64,000 nt of DNA from Hypanus sabinus. Taxonomy: Eukaryota. The stretch lies in the NCBI RefSeq assembly GCF_030144855.1, contig NC_082710.1, positions 25,110,001-25,174,000 of the forward strand, read 5' to 3'. The notes below the pieces were generated by a model. That model saw only the letters and a program-made list of their open reading frames with translations, was not told the DNA's origin and did no database searches. Positions 61,030-64,000 of this stretch are shown here, piece by piece. Position numbers and translations under genes: made by a program. Each line of letters begins with the position of its first letter. Position 1 is the first letter of the stretch.

Positions 61030-64000
61030 AGTCATTTCATAAATTCAGTTTATTGAAGCAATATCTAAAAGGAAGTTCTAATACATATGTACAGACATTA
61101 AGATCATTTCAGACTAATAAAATCATTAAAATTTACACCTTATCTTGTTACAGGAAAATATATTGTTTACATTTTTTTCATTTCACATTACAATATGCCA
61201 GTATCTATACTGTCTTCAAATGCTAAAGAATGATTATGGCAATTTATTTTAAAACTGAAGAATACACTAGTAAATACTGATACTCAGCATCAAGAGCACA
61301 ATCTTCACATAAAATGCACATTTTGTTACCAGTGAAAAGATTTATTTAAACACTCAAATCATGTTAACTGGAAATTAAAAACCCAAAGTGGAACAATTAA
61401 CTGCTTTTGTTAAGAATTTATATTTGCATAACCAGCCAATCTAAAAATCTTTAATCTCATAATTAAGTAATTAATTCTGCATTATCAAAATGACATTTAT
61501 TTTTATTTTCCCCTTGAAAGCACGTGGATATCCAAAGTTTCATGCCAGTATTATTATTGGCATCTCAGAAGTTCCAGTAATCTTGTTATTGAATGAATTA
61601 GTTGTTTTCTTGAGAAACAGCATTTTCCTGGAAAGTCAACAATAAAAATCAGAAACTTAAAGCACTAATAAACAAGTTATTCTTTTCATTTACACTAGTG
61701 TGAACTGCATTGATTGTCAGTGGTTACAATTGGCCAATAACATGTTAGGGAGCCTTGATGTTATGCAACCCAAGATGTTCCAAATATTGTAACTACTCCA
61801 TCATTAGAGTCAACAGTGCCACGACTCCGCAAAGAGAGTCCCACTGCATTTTGCCACATGTAAAACTGTAGGGCAAATGTAAAGTGGTAGCCTTATTCAA
61901 GTAAATGGGACTTTTGGCCCAGAAGGAAAAGACCAATGCCTTACTTATTTTACTTAATTTTAGAGCACATACATTTTGTATTTTTAATTTAATTTTAGAG
62001 TAAACCCATGAGCTTTGATTCCCTCTGAAAAGTCTCCAACAATTATGTTGAAAAACGTCAGCCTTTTGCAGTTGGGACATGAGAATGGTGGACATCTCAT
62101 CTGACTCTTGTATCTTGAAAGCCAGGTGTTTAAAAACTAGATCACAGTCCAAATTCAGCATAATACAAACCACTTTCAGCTCATTCTCTTATAAAATATA
62201 TATAGTTTAAATGTGGGAGGAAAGTCCTTTCAGGAAGTTTAGAACTCAAGAGATATCTGATAGGCACACAAGTTACATTATTGATTAATCCAATTTTTAG
62301 AGGTTTGGCCAGACCAGAAGGCAGTTTGACATAAGGCAGGATACAAACAATAAACAAAAAAATTCCACAGTCCTAATGTGGCAAATGTAGGCCCCTTAAA
62401 ATCAATTCACTGTCAGTCTATGTTCAGCCCTGAAGTTTGTAGGAACACCATCTTTGGAAAAGTTAAATCATGTGAACTTATCTGTAGAAACACTTTTTTT
62501 AAAAAGATGAACAGCCCTGGTGAAAAAAGCCATAAGGGGCCTTGTGACATTGATGCAGAATAGTTGATTAACCAAATACTAATTAACATGTGCAGACTTT
62601 TAAAAGTACTGTGGACCTTTGGTGGGTAAAGATAATTTTCATCTCCCTCTAGCACATTTTCCAATTACTCATTCACAACTGCAGAGAAAAAGTGAGCATA
62701 ATGTACAGTTGCAGATCTTATAGCAAATAAAGATCTGCTAACCACAGGGACAAATGAAATTCACAGTGAACAATTCACCGCTAGTCATGGATATTGCTTT
62801 ATTCTATATATAAAAATACAACATCACTCAACTGCCTTTTGAAAAGGCCATACCAAAATACTTATTTGATGAAGTTAGGTTGTCCAAGAGACTTCAGAGA
62901 GTGACACATTTTAAGCAGAGCTTAAATACAGCTTTCCTTAGTCCAAGTTGGTAACTAACAAGAACAGATTCAAATGGTAACAGGATTTCAAATTAATAAA
63001 AAAAAGATTGTTATAGCTGTGTTTTTTTTATAGTCCCTCACTGTTTGATGAGCAAATAAAACTTCTGGTATAAATACAAGAGATTCTGCAGATGCTGAAA
63101 TATAGAACAACACACACAAACTGTTGGAGAAACTCAACAGGTCAGGTTGCATTTACAAAACTTAATTCCCCTTGATAATACCTGATTTTCTGCGTTACTC
63201 TAGCATTTTGTGAGAGAAAATTCTGGTAGATTACTTCAAACTGAAATAGAGAACTGGCAGTTATTCTTACACAGTTCTACAAAAAAAAAGTAGAACTGTT
63301 ATTCCCCGTCAATACAATCTCCACAAATTAATGGAAACAAAGTCAGCTCATCCATAGACATCAATGGGCCAAGATTATACAACACTGCCTCTTACAAAAG
63401 ACTTAAATAACCCCGTTCCTTTTTAATTAAATTACCAGGATCTTGTATTGAAAATTATCATAATTTATGAAGAAAAATGCAACTGGCTGAAGTTACTGCT
63501 ATATCTTCAAACTCCAGATTACCACTAGATAACAGGGATACTATGAATGGGAGTAGGAGAGGAGGAAGAAATGTTGGATAAAAAGAGATACAATTCACAA
63601 AAACAATGCAAATCAACTAACTAAATTTGCAATAAATTAGGTTTTCTTGTTTTTCTGTGAACATCAAATCTATTGTCATCTCTTATCACAATTGTCCTTA
63701 ACTAGCGAGTATGTTTCCATACAAAACCTTCACACAAAAAAAACTTCAAAGCCAACTCCTTTAGAAAAAAATGCTCAGTAAGGGAACAGATCTCCACAAA
63801 CTCAAAAGCACTTTTTTTTAAGGATACTGTGCAAATCTCAGTGAGATCTAACACAAAATGTTTTTTTTGTAGAATCCAAAGCTTGGGTCTTAATTTTAAA
63901 TTTGTATAATGCACACATTTCAATGTAAAACTCATTAGCTCAGGAGACCATTATATATGTGATATGATCAGCATTATCAATATAACTAAAAAATGTAAGG
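61030..64000 (-). other. Possible 3' UTR of the neighbouring minus-strand gene (CDO1 by vertebrate synteny; unproven)
   Basis: Abrupt switch to AT-rich, nearly repeat-free sequence, with minus-strand AATAAA at 61049-61054 and others nearby; no coding exon visible. Confidence 0.3.
63073..63215. mobile_element. Degenerate Penelope-like inverted pair
   Basis: attctgcagatgctg...acacacaaactgttggagaaactcaacaggtcagg, then actctagcattttgtg. Confidence 0.6.

Overview
This is vertebrate genomic DNA. The repeat content (abundant CR1, Rex1/Babar, V-SINE/HE1-like SINEs and Penelope-like elements) points to a cartilaginous fish, probably a ray; that assignment is inference. One complete protein-coding gene is present: TMED7 (p24 gamma family) on the minus strand, with 3 coding exons (18355-18203, 11683-11438, 8618-8388; 209 aa) and a long AT-rich 3' UTR. 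Its CpG-island promoter directly abuts a ~3.3-kb CpG-rich 32-bp minisatellite (~100 units, internally structured, rich in MYB-type motifs), with a CTCF-like motif at the junction. The rest is a mosaic of nested transposons: a hAT/Charlie element with an 8-bp TSD, a solo LTR with a 5-bp TSD, Tc1/mariner relics carrying extra internal TIRs, and CR1 and Rex1 LINEs. The most striking recurring signal is about 20 dispersed Penelope-like terminal repeats, each carrying a minimal type-I hammerhead ribozyme (consensus CAGUC-CUGAYGA-A-GGGU(CUCG)GCCC-GAAAC-GUC/GACUG). These occur in tandem and inverted arrangements, and include an A6C core-variant subfamily. Candidate non-coding minus-strand exons downstream of TMED7 suggest read-through splicing. 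The AT-rich right end may be the 3' UTR of the next gene. Repeat boundaries without a TSD or TIR are approximate.
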